NCBI GenBank assembly: GCA_951406725.2
Contig: OX597822.1
Location: 117,366,001-117,430,000 of the forward strand
DNA from: Octopus vulgaris
Lineage: Eukaryota
Reading direction: 5' to 3'
Length of the DNA: 64,000 nt
Below the pieces are notes generated by a model that made no database searches, was not told the origin of the DNA, and saw only the letters and a program-made list of their open reading frames with translations. Position numbers and translations under genes: made by a program. This document shows positions 24,508 through 38,235 of the stretch, piece after piece. Positions within the stretch are counted from its first letter, which is position 1. Each line of letters begins with the position of its first letter.

Positions 24508-25626
24508 CTTCCTCTAATTCAGATCCAACAGCTGCCACATTAAATACGTGTCTGTATAGAATGATTAATGACTTGTTTCACATCATTCATTGCCTATGAG
24601 TCATTTTTATTAACGTAAACAGACAGATGCTCATATCAAACAAAACAACGAAATTCTCCTCTACGTGGTGGTTAAGCTTACTAGAAATAGTAATCAAATT
24701 CCCTTGAAATCACACTCCTATACATTTTCGAAGGAAGGACATTAATTAATGTGGTTCTCTGTATTGCCTCAATGGGAACATGGGAATGTCATTGCTGGGA
24801 CAGCTTTGATCATAGGACTTAATCGATTAGATCTGATTCGGGAATAAACAACAATTACGACGCAAGTGCTTGTCATTGATTAGTTTTAATTAATTACAAA
24901 AATATTTCTAATTCTATCGCAAAGAAATTTTTTCATAAACGATAAAGTATTTTTGCGCAATAAAATGTTGTGTCTGGGGTGAGTGATGTTATTGTTTACG
25001 TGGTTTAAAACTGACACCACAGACTTACAATCAAAGGTAGGCATTCCAGTCACGACCATCACACCAGTTTGTATACTTAGGACTACATTGAACAATATAT
25101 TCTTTATTTTTAATTAGATTTCGCTGTTATTACTAGCGTGTCGTGAGACCGCGAAGAGGTTTCTTCGTTGTTGTTAGAAAGTGACAACACTTGTAACTGA
25201 CTTCTGACATTGGAACAAGTGTCAATGTATATATCGACTCCAGCATGTGATTGGCATTTCTATTCTATCGATCCCGATGATTTTACTAATTATCGATTGT
25301 TCCCCCGACAAAATTGTGGCCGTGTGCTGTTAATTTAAGAAATCATTATTATTAAGAATTCAATGTTTGAAATCAATAGGTAAAGAGTAGAATAATATTG
25401 AGAGATTAATGTATGCCGTAGAGTGAACTGAAAAACATAGAATGGACTAACTTGATTGATGCAATTAGCAAACAAAACCTCCTTCTAGGAGTCTACTAAT
25501 GTGACTTCTGGAGGGATGTTTTGTCTACTAATTGGGTAACCACAGTGCGATATATGTATATAATTTATATATATGTATATATATATATATATATAATTTA
25601 TATATATATATATATGTATATATATA

Positions 25627-25703
<77 letters not shown>

Positions 25704-26285
25704 AGGAGGAGGAATAGGGTGACAGAGAAATATAATACTGGAAATAACGAAGATGTTTTCACCTGTGACTGAAGTTTCTACTGGTGATTTCGTCTCATTG
25801 TCCAGCGTCAGGGAACGAAAATGTACTGCCATGGCTCTTAACTATAGACCTCAGCACCACTGGCTGATTAAGCTAAGACTAAACTGCTCGATCACAGACG
25901 GGCTTAAATAAAGAGATAGCGATATCACTGAACAAGTGACATGCCTGACGATAAGAAACCTACTTTTTACCCAAGTTCGCCAAACTAATTTTTCCTTTAT
26001 CCTCCTTTTCGCTGTTCCACTTTGTCCCCGACTCAGTTTTTCAGCTGCCGCCTCCTCTCTCCCTGCTTGCCCCCCTCTCTCTCCACACAAAGCGGTCACT
26101 CGACCTATCACGCCATTATAGTTGAATGCAGAGTACTATAATTAAATGTGGGAAACCGAAGATAATTTTTAATTAATTGAAATTATAATCGCGGTGAGAA
26201 GAAAATTCATTAGTTCCAAAGAAAATTAATCTCCATATGAACAAAAGAGAAAACGAAGTAACTGCGTGTGCGTGTGGGCGCGCGT

Positions 26286-26308
26286 GTATGTATGTATGTA
26301 TGTATGTA

Positions 26309-26344
<36 letters not shown>

Positions 26345-26830
26345 TGTATGTATGTATGTATGTATGTATGTATGCATGCATATATATGCATGCATGCATG
26401 TATGTATGCATGTATGTATGTATGCAAGTATGTATGCATGCATGTATGTATGTATGCATGTATGCATATATATGCATGTATGTATGTATGTATGTATGTA
26501 TGTATGCATGCATGCATGTATGTATGTATGCATGCAAGTATGTATGCATGCATGTATGTATGTATGCATGTATGCATATATATGCATGTATGTATGTATG
26601 CATGTATGTATGTATGCAAGTATGTATGCATGCATGTATGTATGCATGTATGCATATATATGTATGTATGTATGTATGTATGCATGCATGCATGCATGCA
26701 TGTATGTATGTATGCATGTATGTATGTATGCAAGTATGTATGCATGCATGTATGTATGTATGCATGTATGCATATATATGCATGTATATGTATGTATGTA
26801 TGTATGTATGCATGTATGTATGTATGTATG
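26286..26830. repeat. (TATG/CATG)n compound tetranucleotide array
   Basis: Read directly; recurring variant blocks such as tatgcaagtatg and gcatatatatgc. Confidence 0.95.
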
Positions 26831-27359
26831 CTTGGTGAGGAGGGTGTTTATTGAACACCCTGCGGGATGAAAAACAAAACCCGTCAAAGGGCGAAGGAAC
26901 TCTTGAGAGTCAACGGCCATCCAATAAATGTCTTAAGGCTGTATCATGCGCGGGGACATAGAAATAATCGGACTGAATACTCGATCGCGCGGTTAAACCA
27001 TTGGGAGTGAAGGACTCCTAGCCTTTGTTAGGGCATCCTTCTAGGAGAAGGTAACTCAGGTAACTGGGATAACTCCGACATAAAACCTGCAGCTCAGTGG
27101 TTACCGATGATGTTGACTTGCTCTTCTTTTTGGATTATGGCTGCTGTTGCTTAGTGAGTGGGATTGACTCAGTGCACAGCCTTTCCTCACTTCAAAAAAA
27201 AAAATCTTCTTGCACAGGCATTGCACGATAACAACATTGATTAAGCTTCGTGCAATGGCCATACTCGATAATGAGGGGGCAGCCACCATGTATGTATGAA
27301 TGTATGTATGTATGTATGCAAGTATGAATGTATGCATGTATGTATTATGTATGTATTCC

Positions 27360-27626
27360 TGTACAGGTGGCACGTAAAAAAAACCATTTTCGAGTGTGGC
27401 CATTGCCAGTACTGCCAGACTAGCCCTCGTGCCGGTGGCACGTAAAAGCACCCACTACACTCTTGGAGTGTTTGGCGTTAGGAAGGGCATCCAGCTGTAG
27501 AGACTCTGCCAGATCAGATTGGATCCTGGTGCAGCCATCTGGTTTGCCAGTCCTCAGTCAAATTGTCCAGCCCATGCTAGCATGGAAAGCGGACGTTAAA
27601 CGATGATGATGATGATGATGATGATG
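27360..27626 (+). mobile_element. RTE-related 3' UTR fragment
   Basis: Same units and (GAT)n tail as the other copies. Confidence 0.75.
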
Positions 27627-27629
27627 TAT

Positions 27630-28450
27630 GTCAGGTTACATGTGAAGTCTCTCATGGGTTCTACTGGTAACATGGAATTCAGTACAACCTGTTGTATGGT
27701 TGGGCCATGTCCATGTCACTGAGTTTCAGAAGAGAGGTCTTCCCTATTGCCACATGTTGGTAGCGTTGAGAAATGAGGACAAACTCAGAAACAGCGATGA
27801 CCTAGATATGATCATGTCAGCTGAAATTCCTGATGCCAATGATGATCCAGTCTTGCATGATTTAGTAAAAAAATGCATGATACATGGTCCTTCTTCCTCT
27901 TGCATGGGAAATGGCTCATGCTAAAAGAAATTCCCTAAGAACCACAGAGATGAAATGCTTCTGAATTTGAATGGCTATCCAGAGTAGAGAATACGCAATA
28001 CTGGAGTCACTGTTCAAGTTGGACGTCACTCAGTTGATATCAGGAACGTTGTGCCGCACAAGGCCTCTCCGCTGAAAAAGTACAGAGCTCACTTTAATGT
28101 TGAAATTTGTTCATCCGGGAAAAGCATTAAATATCTCTTTAAGTACATGTACAAGGGACATGACTATGCTTCTGTTGAAGTAAGAGACAACCCAGCAGCA
28201 GCAGATCGTTAGCAGAATTAAGCTCACGATGAAATCACCAATTATCTTGCTTGCCGATATGTTTCTCCTCCGGAAGCTATGTGGAGACTGTCAGAGTTCA
28301 AGCTACATGACGCGTCTCACACTGTCTACAGACTTGCAGTACAGCTTGAAGACCAGCAAAGAGTTTACTTTCACAAAGGCAACACTCAGCAGGCTGCTCA
28401 GGCAGAGAGGGACCGTGACACTACCCTCACTGCATGGCTCGAACTGAATT
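27630..28450 (+). pseudogene. Helitron RepHel fragment (HUH Rep domain)
   Basis: EFQKRGLPYCH, SAEIPD, MIHGP, HFNVEIC..KSIKYLFKYMYKGHD, RYVSPPEAMWR, VYRLAVQL; several in-frame stops. Confidence 0.92.
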
Positions 28451-29534
28451 TTATAGTCGATGGTCCTGTTGTCTCTTTGATTGGTTACTTCACTTGGTGG
28501 GGAGATGTGAACCTCTCCCCCCTCCACTGTGAGCATACCGTAACATGCCTGGTAATCCATTCTGGTCACGTTAACATTTATGGACGCTACATTGGTAACT
28601 TTTGTGTAATTTCTTTTTCTCCATTGATATTGGCCTCCATGGTCACAACAATACAACACATCACAAAAGCAATAAAACACAATAGTAATCCCCGTAGGGG
28701 TGGGGCAAACAATTTGTCAACAAAGTCCGTAAATAACAAGTTTTCAAATTCAACAACAAAGGTTCAATATTAACAATAATATTGTACACAAAAAATCCAC
28801 TGCAAATTCACCAACCTGCTACCAAAACACAAAAAAAGGGTGTGGCACTCTGCCCCTATCTCCAGCACGCATGTGTATTTATACATTTCAGAACCATTCA
28901 TTCATTCATTGATGGGGGTGTTTGGATTCCACCACAACACGTTTGCATTTAGTATAAATTTAGTACTTCTGTGATGTACTAGCTGCAAGAATTTGTGTCA
29001 CATTGTAGTTAATAAAGAGCTTTGGGGTTCTTACAATACTCTATTGAATAGCTTTGACACATTTTAATCTTTACTCCCATCAAGTTTCACATAAATACTT
29101 TGCAATGAATTTTTTAACATGTTGTTTTCTTTGCTTTCGTTGAGTTTTTTTCTTCTGACAGTTAAACATAAACACTCTATACTGCCAAAAAATGAAATAG
29201 ACACCAGAAACGCTTATTTCATCATCCCCACCCATCTGTTAAAGCATCCATGTGGCACACTATACACACCCATTTTCCTTCTTGAGTCTCCGCCTTCTCT
29301 TTCACATTTCAGTAATTACCCTGACCTTTTCGAAACTGTTACAAGCCTTGTTTGTACTCTTACAGAAAGTCTAGATTGCTTTCTTTTGTTTATTCCTTTG
29401 CCCCGTTCTGCCTAGAACTGGTTCACAGCAAACGAAATATTTATTAAAATGTACTTTCAACTAATACTTACATTCTAAGTGAAAGCTGCTCCTCATGGAC
29501 TATAGTTAGCATATACTCTAAGATAAGACTGAAA

Positions 29535-29609
29535 TCGTCATCGTCATCATCATCATCATCATCATTATCATCATCATCATCATCATCGTCATCGTCATCG
29601 TCATCGTCG

Positions 29610-29641
<32 letters not shown>

Positions 29642-29674
29642 GTCGTCGTCGTCGTCATTATCATCATCATCATT

Positions 29675-29707
<33 letters not shown>

Positions 29708-29726
29708 GTCATCATCATCATCGTCG

Positions 29727-29764
<38 letters not shown>

Positions 29765-29812
29765 GTCGTCGTCATCATCGTCATCATCGTCATCATCATC
29801 ATCATCATCATC
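29535..29812. repeat. (CAT/CGT)n microsatellite (expanded retroposon tail)
   Basis: Abuts a degenerate atgtttaacatccatttttccat tail sequence. Confidence 0.93.
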
Positions 29813-30269
29813 AATGTTTAACATCCATTTTTCCATACTGGCATGAATTAAATGGAAAGTTTTGGTTGACTTGGGGCTACAGTAGAAGACACTTGCCCAA
29901 GGTACCAAGCAGTGAGACTGAACCCAAGACCATACGGTTGCGAAGCAAGCTTTTTACTATACAACCATGCTAACACCTATAGCCATGTCTGCACAAAGCG
30001 ACAAAAAGATTGATGATTTGGACTTTTTTCTTGGTTGCTGCATCTTATTGAAGTCAGATTTTAATATTTATACGATCGGGTAACATTTTTTGATGACATT
30101 TGCAGTAAAGGAAAGAGCTGTATGTAAATATACACAAAAGAACACACACACACATACACACACACAGTAATCTAAATACAGAATGTTTGGGATAAATTTG
30201 GCCGTTTGCATAAAAGGAAATGATATCCCATCCGAAAATAAAAGTATTTTTAAAAAATCAAAAAACATC

Positions 30270-30678
30270 AACTAGATTATGGCTAGAAGATAACAGTTTG
30301 CTCAAAGTAGCCACACTCAGCTTTCCCCACGGCCTCAAAACAGCTCTGGAACTAGGCACGTGCATTCCTCACTGAGTCTCTGGAAAGATCTTCAAACACC
30401 CCCTTGATCTTGGTCACTAGCTGGGCCTTGGTGTTGCAGGCAGAGCAGTTGTCTTTCCAAACTGGACCCTACACAAATTTCAACACCCAATGGGTTACAA
30501 TTAAGGGAATTAAGAGGCCAAAAATTAGGGCTGTCGAAGTCATAGACACTCTCCAACAAACACTTGTGATATTTCCTGGAAATATGACAAGGAACCAAAT
30601 CCTTCAGCCACACATATAGCGCTCCAGCTGTTGCTGAAAAGAGAAGACATAAAAATCACCAAATTTAGCTCAAACCCC
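30270..30678 (-). mobile_element. Tc1/IS630-like transposase relic
   Basis: PCHISR...NFWPLNSLNCNPL resembles APxH...WPPNSPDLNPLD. Confidence 0.6.
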
Positions 30679-31532
30679 ATGTATGTATGTATGTATGTAT
30701 GTATGTATGTATGTATGTATGTATGTATGTATGTATGTATGTATGTATGTATGTATGTATGTATGTATGTATGTATGTATGTATGTATGTATGTATGTAT
30801 GTATGTATGTATGTATGTATGTATGTATGTATGTATGTATGTATGTATGTATGTATGTATGTATGTATGTATGTATGTATGTATGTATGTATGTATGTAT
30901 GTATGTATGTATGTATGTATGTATGTATGTATGTATGTATGTATGTATGTATGTATGTATGTATGTATGTATGTATGTATGTATGTATGTATGTATGTAT
31001 GTATGTATGTATGTATGTATGTATGTATGTATGTATGTATGTATGTATGTATGTATGTATGTATGTATGTATGTATGTATGTATGTATGTATGTATGTAT
31101 GTATGTATGTATGTATGTATGTATGTATGTATGTATGTATGTATGTATGTATGTATGTATGTATGTATGTATGTATGTATGTATGTATGTATGTATGTAT
31201 GTATGTATGTATGTATGTATGTATGTATGTATGTATGTATGTATGTATGTATGTATGTATGTATGTATGTATGTATGTATGTATGTATGTATGTATGTAT
31301 GTATGTATGTATGTATGTATGTATGTATGTATGTATGTATGTATGTATGTATGTATGTATGTATGTGTGTGTGTATGTGTGTATGTGTGTATGTGTGTGT
31401 GTGTGTGTGCGCGTGCGTGCGTGCATGCGTGCGTGCGTGCATGCATGCATGTATGTATGCATGCATGTATGTGTGTGTGTATGTATGTATGCATGTATGT
31501 ATGTATTCTCTCTGTCTGTCTGTCTGTCTGTC
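30679..31532. repeat. (ATGT)n perfect run of ~690 bp followed by mixed TG/TGCG/TGCA/CTGT repeats
   Basis: Read directly. Confidence 0.97.
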
Positions 31533-31589
31533 AGTATTCAGTTTTATTTCAAGTTTTGGATCAGGGCTATATAGATGCCCAGAAGACAG

Positions 31590-31890
31590 CCAGCATCGAA
31601 ATGAGGGGTCTGGAAGCTTAAGGGTCCTGTGAATGGACAGAGATTTAGAGATGTATTACCTGTTGAGGGCCACTGACCAGATCTGTGGATGGTGCAAAGT
31701 CCCCTCTCACCCCAAGGTAATGTGGTGTCGGAACAATGCAGTTGACAGGGCCATTAGGGAAAATAAACAGGCATGGAAGGACTGGAAGAACGGTGGCAGC
31801 AGGGAACTGTATCAGATCACCAGAAGGGAAGCTAGGAGACAAGTGTACTTAGCCAGAAGAGAAGCAGATAAGAAAAAATTTGCCAATGTT
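31590..31890 (+). mobile_element. RTE-LINE internal fragment (linker between endonuclease and RT)
   Basis: ICGWCK...VDRAIRENKQAWKDWK...YQITRREARRQVYLAR. Confidence 0.7.
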
Positions 31891-31894
31891 CTTC

Positions 31895-32225
31895 CATTGG
31901 TGTTGCAGTGCTTGGATCCCATTGGTGAAGAAGCTTTCATTCTGTTGGCCAAGCAAAGTCATGAACAGCAGATATGATGCCATCATCACTGTGATACTGG
32001 TTCCCAGCTAAGTGTTTATTCATGTTGGGGAACAGATGGTGGTGAGATGGGGCAAAATCAGGAGAATAGAGAGGGTGATCAACCAGTTCAAAGCCAGAGC
32101 TAGGCACAATAGCCATTGAAATGAAGGACTTGTGTGCTGGAGCATTGCCCTGATGAAACAAAACCCTTTCTATCAGTTTTCCTGAGTGTTTGGTGCTGAT
32201 AGCATTTCATAACTGCTTCAGCAGT
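31895..32225 (-). mobile_element. mariner transposase fragment
   Basis: FHQGNAPAHKS...HPLYSPDFAPSHHHLFPNM corresponds to HDNAxxH...HPPYSPDLAPSD. Confidence 0.88.
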
Positions 32226-32229
32226 GTGA

Positions 32230-33090
32230 ATGGTTTCTTTTCAAAACCATTCAAGATAGGATGCTCTGTTCACCAGAGATGTCCCCTGTCCCTGCTTTTG
32301 TATGTGTTAGCTCCTGAGCCATTGCTGTGAAGGTTGGCAGCTATGGGGGGCAACCTGCATGATCTGAGTGGAGGGAAGACAGTAACTGCGTATGCAGATG
32401 ATGTTACCATCATCGTGTCAGATAAAGGGCAGCTACCTTGTGTAGAAAACACCATCAAAAGATATGAAGCAGTGGCAGGAGCAAGTATTAATCAGGATAA
32501 GTCGATCGGCTTGCAACTCGGCACCTGGAGGGGCAAGTTGATGTTGTCCAATAACGTCATGGGACGTTGGACTGAAGGCCCTGTTAAGATGCTAAGGGTC
32601 TGGTTCGGTCCAGACCTCCAGATAGAGAAAAATTTGGGTGAGATCACAAGCAAGGTAACAGCCCTAACCCATACCTGGTATGGAAGGGCGTTATCGTTGC
32701 TAGGGAGGGCAAAGGTGGCATGGGTGTATATTGCATCCATTGTCACCTACCGTCTGACTGTCGTGCCTTGTCCTGATTCATGGCTAGGCAAGTTGGAGAA
32801 ACTCCTCTTTCATATTTTATGGAAGGGGAGGCCACTTGTAAAGCACTCTATCTGCTGCCAAAAACTGTTAAAGGGTGGATTAGGGATGCCTTAGCTGAAG
32901 ATGCGCAAATTTGTGCTGAGGCTTAGGCATCTCTGGCATCACCTGGATGGTGAGCAGGTATGGCCACTGTTCGTAAAGTTCTTCCTTCCACAGTTAATCT
33001 CCCTTTGGGATTTAGGTCCATTTGTCAGGCGAAAACCTAAGCTGAGTGGGTGGCAATTGGGGTGTTGACAGGCACTCGGGCTTCTCTAGG
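32230..33090 (+). mobile_element. L1/Tx1-clade LINE RT fragment
   Basis: CPLSLLLYVLAPEPLL, AYADDVTII, AGASINQDKS, LSLLGRAKV, KGGLGMP. Confidence 0.88.
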
Positions 33091-33132
33091 GGGTGCTGCA
33101 TGAGCCACCCCTGGTATAGCATTAATTAAAGA

Positions 33133-33534
33133 GGAGATCTATTGAGTCAAGTACATCAACATCAAAAAATCAAATAAAAATTGTAGTTGTGATACCTGTG
33201 CTGGTGGCACGTAAAAAGTACCATCCGAACGTGGCCGCTGCCAGCACTGCCTTGACTGGCTTCTGTGCCGGTGGCATGTAAAAAGCACTAATCCGATTGT
33301 GGCCATTGCCAGCCTCGCCTGACACCTGTGCCAGTGGCACGTAAAAAGCACCCACTACACTTACAGAGTGGTTGGCGCTAGGAAAGGCATCCAGCTGTAG
33401 AAACACTGCCTGGTGCAGCCTTCTGGCTTCCCAGACCCCAGTCAAACTGTCCAACCCATGCTAGTTTAAAGTCCGTTTTCCATGCTAGGATGGAAAACGG
33501 ACTTTAAACGATGATGATGATGATGATGATGATG
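33133..33534 (+). mobile_element. RTE 3' UTR fragment with a fold-back tail
   Basis: Matches 21497-21780; perfect 20-bp inverted repeat at 33464-33509. Confidence 0.8.
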
Positions 33535-34644
33535 AGAACCCATTTTTAATAGTAAAAGTAATACTCTGAACATTAATGTAAGTTTGAAAATGAATGACGC
33601 AAAAAATAGACGCACATGAACTCACCCAGCCACCCTTACCCTAACCTCACCCCACCCACATTCAGTTGTTTACTGCAACTATGAACAGCTTCGAGTGTCA
33701 ATGACACATGCTGGTTTTTAAGTGCATAAAATATACACCACCTAAAAATAAAGATTAGAATGTTAAGTTTTGTAAACTGAGATTACAAAAAAACATAAAG
33801 TGAAAAAGAGATATCATAAGGCGTGGTCTCTTAACTGAATTAAATATTGCACAAGAGTTATAACCTTGGACCCCTTTGTTTGTCCCTCACTATATCCACC
33901 CTTGCATACCTCTGATTTGCATCTCTGTCACTGTGCTTCCTTGACTCTAACCCACTCTTAACATCATCCCCCTATTTCTCACCTATCCATGGCTTATATA
34001 ACACTGTTGCTCTCCACCCTTTCCATTATCACCTCCTCCTCCTCCTTGATCCATTCCTATTTACCTTTACCCCCCACCCCGACCAACTGAGACTCTCCAC
34101 CGACCACACCCCCACTAGTATTCATCATTCACTGCATCCACCTCTGCTCCTATGTCTAACCCTTTCTCGCTTTCCTTTCAGACTCTTGTGAGCCTACTTA
34201 TCCACTAATTATTTCCCCCTCTTCAGCTGGGGGTAGCTATGTACCTCTACAGCAAGACATCTGTTCTTGTCCCTCTATCATACAAAACTGTCTTCCTCGA
34301 TACTATACACCCCTACTAAGTCAAGGGGTCTCGACTGGTACCACAAGAAAAGAAAAAAGGCCCAAAGCACTCTGTAAAATGGATGACACTAGAGAGGACA
34401 TCCAGTGAGGAAACCATATCAAAGTAGATTTTGGAGCTCAACGCTATCCTTTGATTTGTCAGATCCAGTTGAACCATCCGACCCATGCCATGAAATGATG
34501 ACAACATGGAAAGATTCTATTAAAAGCCATCAGACTGATCAACAGTAATAAATCACAGGATGTCTTACCAAATCCATGGAGTAATTCTTATGAGGCATAT
34601 GATTATGGCCACCACAAAAGAGAGAAGCTCTTGGAAACTAAAAA

Positions 34645-35040
34645 TGTGTGGTAAGAGGCTGGCTTCCCAACCACCTGACTCCAGGTTCTGTCCCACTGTG
34701 TGGCACCTTGGGTAAGTGTTTTCTACTTTAGCCTTGGGCCAACTAAAGTCTTATGAATGGATTTGGTAGATGGAAACCAAAAGAAGCTTGTCTATATATG
34801 TGTGTGGTGTGTGTGTGTGTGTGTGTGTGTGTGTTCCTCACCACCATTCGACAACTGGTGCTGGTGTGTTAATGTCCCCATAACTTAGTGGTTAGTAAAA
34901 AGAGACTGATAAAATAAGTACCAGTCTTAAAAGAAAAGTACTGCTGTCAGTTCAATTGACATAAAAAAAAAAAATTCTCCTCAGTTGTGCCCCAGCATGG
35001 CCACAGTCTAATGAATGAAATAGGTCCATGACAAAAGACA
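34645..35040 (+). mobile_element. Diverged SINE family A copy
   Basis: Collinear with 23390-23805. Confidence 0.75.
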
Positions 35041-35745
35041 AATTCTTTGGTGACTTTGTCAAAAAAATATGATGTTGCAAAAAAAAAAAAAAAAGCTAGT
35101 GATAAAATCTGTACATCTAAAAATATTTAAAGTTTAGATAAAACTGTTTTAGTAAGTATAAAATATGTTCTTTTATTTACAATCTTTAATTTATTAGTAG
35201 GAAATTAATCATGTCAACAGGAGATAAACAATGACCATTTGTGCCCTTTGGACTTTGTCTCACTCATCCAACTTCCACTTAAGATTTGCTTGCAATAAAC
35301 ATGTGTTATGATCCTTATTAGTAATGGAGATAAGGCAGTGAGCTGGCAGAATCGTCAGCACTCTGGATGGAATGTTTAGCGGTATTTTGCCCTTTGCTAT
35401 GTTCTGAGTTCAAATTCAGCTTAGGTTGGCTTTGCCTTTCATCCTTTCGGGGTCGATAAATTAAGTACAAGTTGAGTACTGGGGTCGATGTAATCGACTT
35501 AACCCTTCACCTAAAATTTCAGGCCTTGTGCCAAGAGCAGAAAGAATTGTTAGCACATTGGGCAAAATGCTCAGCAACATTTCACCCACCTTTACGTTCT
35601 CAGTTCGATTTTGCCTTTTATCCATTTGGGGTTAATTAAATAAGAAACAGGGAGGGGGGGGGGGGGGCATGGGTCAATGTAATTGCCTAGACCCCTTTCA
35701 GGCCTCACGCCTCTCTAGTAGAAAGGCTTCTATCCATCTATACTA

Positions 35746-35997
35746 CAGGGTGTTCAAAAAGTCTCTCCACAGTAAGTATTTTATTGCAATATAAATATTT
35801 ATAAGATGGTATAAGACTACAAAAGAATCTATTAGACTTTACAAGACTTTAAAAAACTTTATGAGAGGTGTTGAAAGTGTCCTTCATTTTCAATACATAA
35901 GCTGACTCTTCTAAAAAATGTTGACTTTTCTAAAATACATTTGTTGACTCTCCTAAAAAAAAAAAATTCACTACGGAGAGACTTTTTGAACATCCTG
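35746..35997. mobile_element. Tc1/mariner-type MITE
   Basis: TA|CAGGGTGTTCAAAAAGTCTCTCC ... GGAGAGACTTTTTGAACATCCTG|TA. Confidence 0.9.
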
Positions 35998-36973
35998 TAT
36001 AATGGAGAAAGCTGCTTATTAATTAGGTATGTAACACTTACTAAAAGTACTAAAAGAAAGCAATTATTTAAGGGTTGACCATCTGGAAATTTTTTTTTAT
36101 AAATTCATGTTCTAAGAAAATTTCTATAATTTCGAATTCTCAAGTTCATTGAATTTTTTAACTCCAATTTCTTGCAAATTTAAACATTCATTGCATTCGC
36201 TACAGAGTATTCTATTTTCATTTGCAAAGTCTCTCACTTTGTCTTTTAAGTTTTAATTCAGTATTTGGAAAACGACAGTTTATTTTATTAATGTATATAT
36301 AATGTAAAAACATTATTTATTGAATGAAAATTTTTTGTGATTAAAAAATGTCAAAAGTGGTTTTTTTTTATAGAGTACAAGAAGAGCATTCTAGAAAATA
36401 ACATCCCGCAACAATTTCATGCCGATTGGTTTGCTTAATAGACAGATCACATAAAGCCTAAATGGTTCGCTCATTGTATCTGACGAGTTATCTAGCGGTT
36501 GAAGTTTCGAATCACTGCAACAACATAATAAAATAAAATAAAAAGGCTCCATTAAATCTGGAAGGGGTGGGGGTGAGTGTAAACAATTTGAAGAGGCTCC
36601 AAAACTTAAAAGAGCCTCAGCAGTTTCAGAAGGACTCAGTGTTAAATTTAATGATTTTTTAAATCCAAAAGGTTTCAATAACACAAAAAAGATCACTCAA
36701 TAATTTTAAAGGCATTCTGTCGGATAAAAAATATTAAGTTAAAAAAATTACTAATTATATATTTTTTAAAATTTCTGACTCCTAGCTTAAGGCTTCTTTG
36801 AGTTAAAGGGAGCCCCAATGCTGGGGGTTTTCTTTTACCTCCTTCGGAAGGGGCATATTAACCTAAATATTAACTTAATCTAATCACTAAAGCTGTAAAT
36901 AGGTGTCATGATGTAGTGCATTTTATTACATGAAATAGCAAGGACAAAAAAGTTTGACAAGTGTTTTGCTGAC

Positions 36974-37570
36974 AGCGAGCTGGCAGAAACGTTAGCACGC
37001 TGGGCGAAATGTTTAGCAGTATTTTGTCTGCCGTTATATTCTGAGTTCAAATTCCGCTGAGGTCGACTTTGCCTTTCATCCTTTCGGGGTCGGTAAATTA
37101 AGTACCAGTTACGCACTGGGGTCGATATAATCGACTTAATTCGTTTGTCTGTCCTTGTTTATCCTCTCTGTATTTAGCCCCTTGTGGGTAGTAAAGAAAC
37201 AGATATTTCGTCTGCCGTTACGTTCTGAGTTAAAATTCCACCGAGTTCAACTTTGCCTTTCATCCTTCCGGGGTCGATAAATTAAGCACCAGTTACGCAC
37301 TGGGGTCGATATAATCGACTTAATTCGTTTGTCTGTCCTTGTTTATCCTCTCTGTATTTAGCCCCTTGTGGGTAATAAAGAAATAGGTATTTCGTCTGTC
37401 TTTACGTTCTGAGTTAAAATTCCACCGAGTTCAACTTTGCCTTTCATCCTTCCGGGGTCGATAAATTAAGCACCAGTTACGCACTGAGGTCGATGTAATC
37501 GACTTAATCCCTTTGTCTGTCCTTGTTTGTCCCCTCTATGTTTAGCCCCCTGTGGGCAATAAAGAAATAA
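36974..37570 (+). mobile_element. SINE family B trimer (one head, three body units)
   Basis: Body unit repeats with ~184-bp period; junctions at ~37200 and ~37385 (aaataggtatttcg). Confidence 0.88.
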
Positions 37571-37851
37571 AATAAAGTAAATGTATCTAATTATCTTTTG
37601 ATGGATCTATCTGATTAATAAAGTCAGAGAATTACTTTTATTAATCTTAGATGAATTACTTAGATATTCACAGATATTTGAAAAAGTCAGTACCATCGTC
37701 TAATTCTTTATGACTATAAAATCTACTATAAAATTTGTAACATTTCTTGGTAGACATTTTAAACCTGGTTTGTTTTGTGTTTAGTTGTTACAGTTCACTG
37801 TATAGGAAATAAGAACATCGTATAAGTTAACCTTTTTACACAATGTTCAAA

Positions 37852-38235
37852 TCTCTATATATATAAAACTGAAGTTGTCTGTGGAAGTTAGCCTTCAACT
37901 AACACTATCTCCTCTAAGACCCTGTGGTGCAAGTTGACCAAAATTGAGAGTATGATAGAAGAAGGCTTGCTCTTCTTTCCGTAGAAGGAAAAATTCAAAT
38001 CGGACCATGTTAACACCAAAAATTATTTACATCAAAAAGGTGCTTTTTTTTCTATGAAGATCCCTATTTTTTACGATTTTTTAACTGCTGTGTCACCATT
38101 TTTCGGTGTATTTTAACCACAAAAATATTCACTTAAAGAGAATAACAAGCTACATAATGGAAAATTTTTACGTTTCAAAAATTCCAATTCTAAAGGGTTG
38201 AAACAAACCCGAGCAACGCCAGGCGATACTGCTAG
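37852..38235 (+). mobile_element. Non-autonomous Helitron
   Basis: A|TCTCTATATATATAAAAC ... CCCGAGCAACGCCAGGCGATACTGCTAG|T; 3' end nearly identical to the 15950 copy. Confidence 0.85.

Noticed and set aside
28460-28940. Possible LTR-retrotransposon piece after the Helitron fragment
   Set aside because: One TG-like end only; no PBS, second terminus, TSD or gag motif identified.
30540-31632. 300-aa MYVC and HTYI ORFs, and similar ORFs at 6.5, 18.3, 26.2, 29.5, 52.7 and 60.7 kb
   Set aside because: Translations of di-, tri- and tetranucleotide repeats.
37693-37756. MSTKKCYKFYSRFYSHKELDD(G) as oxygenase exon 1
   Set aside because: Phase fits but the donor (gtactg) is weak and there is no family similarity; cannot be supported without transcripts.
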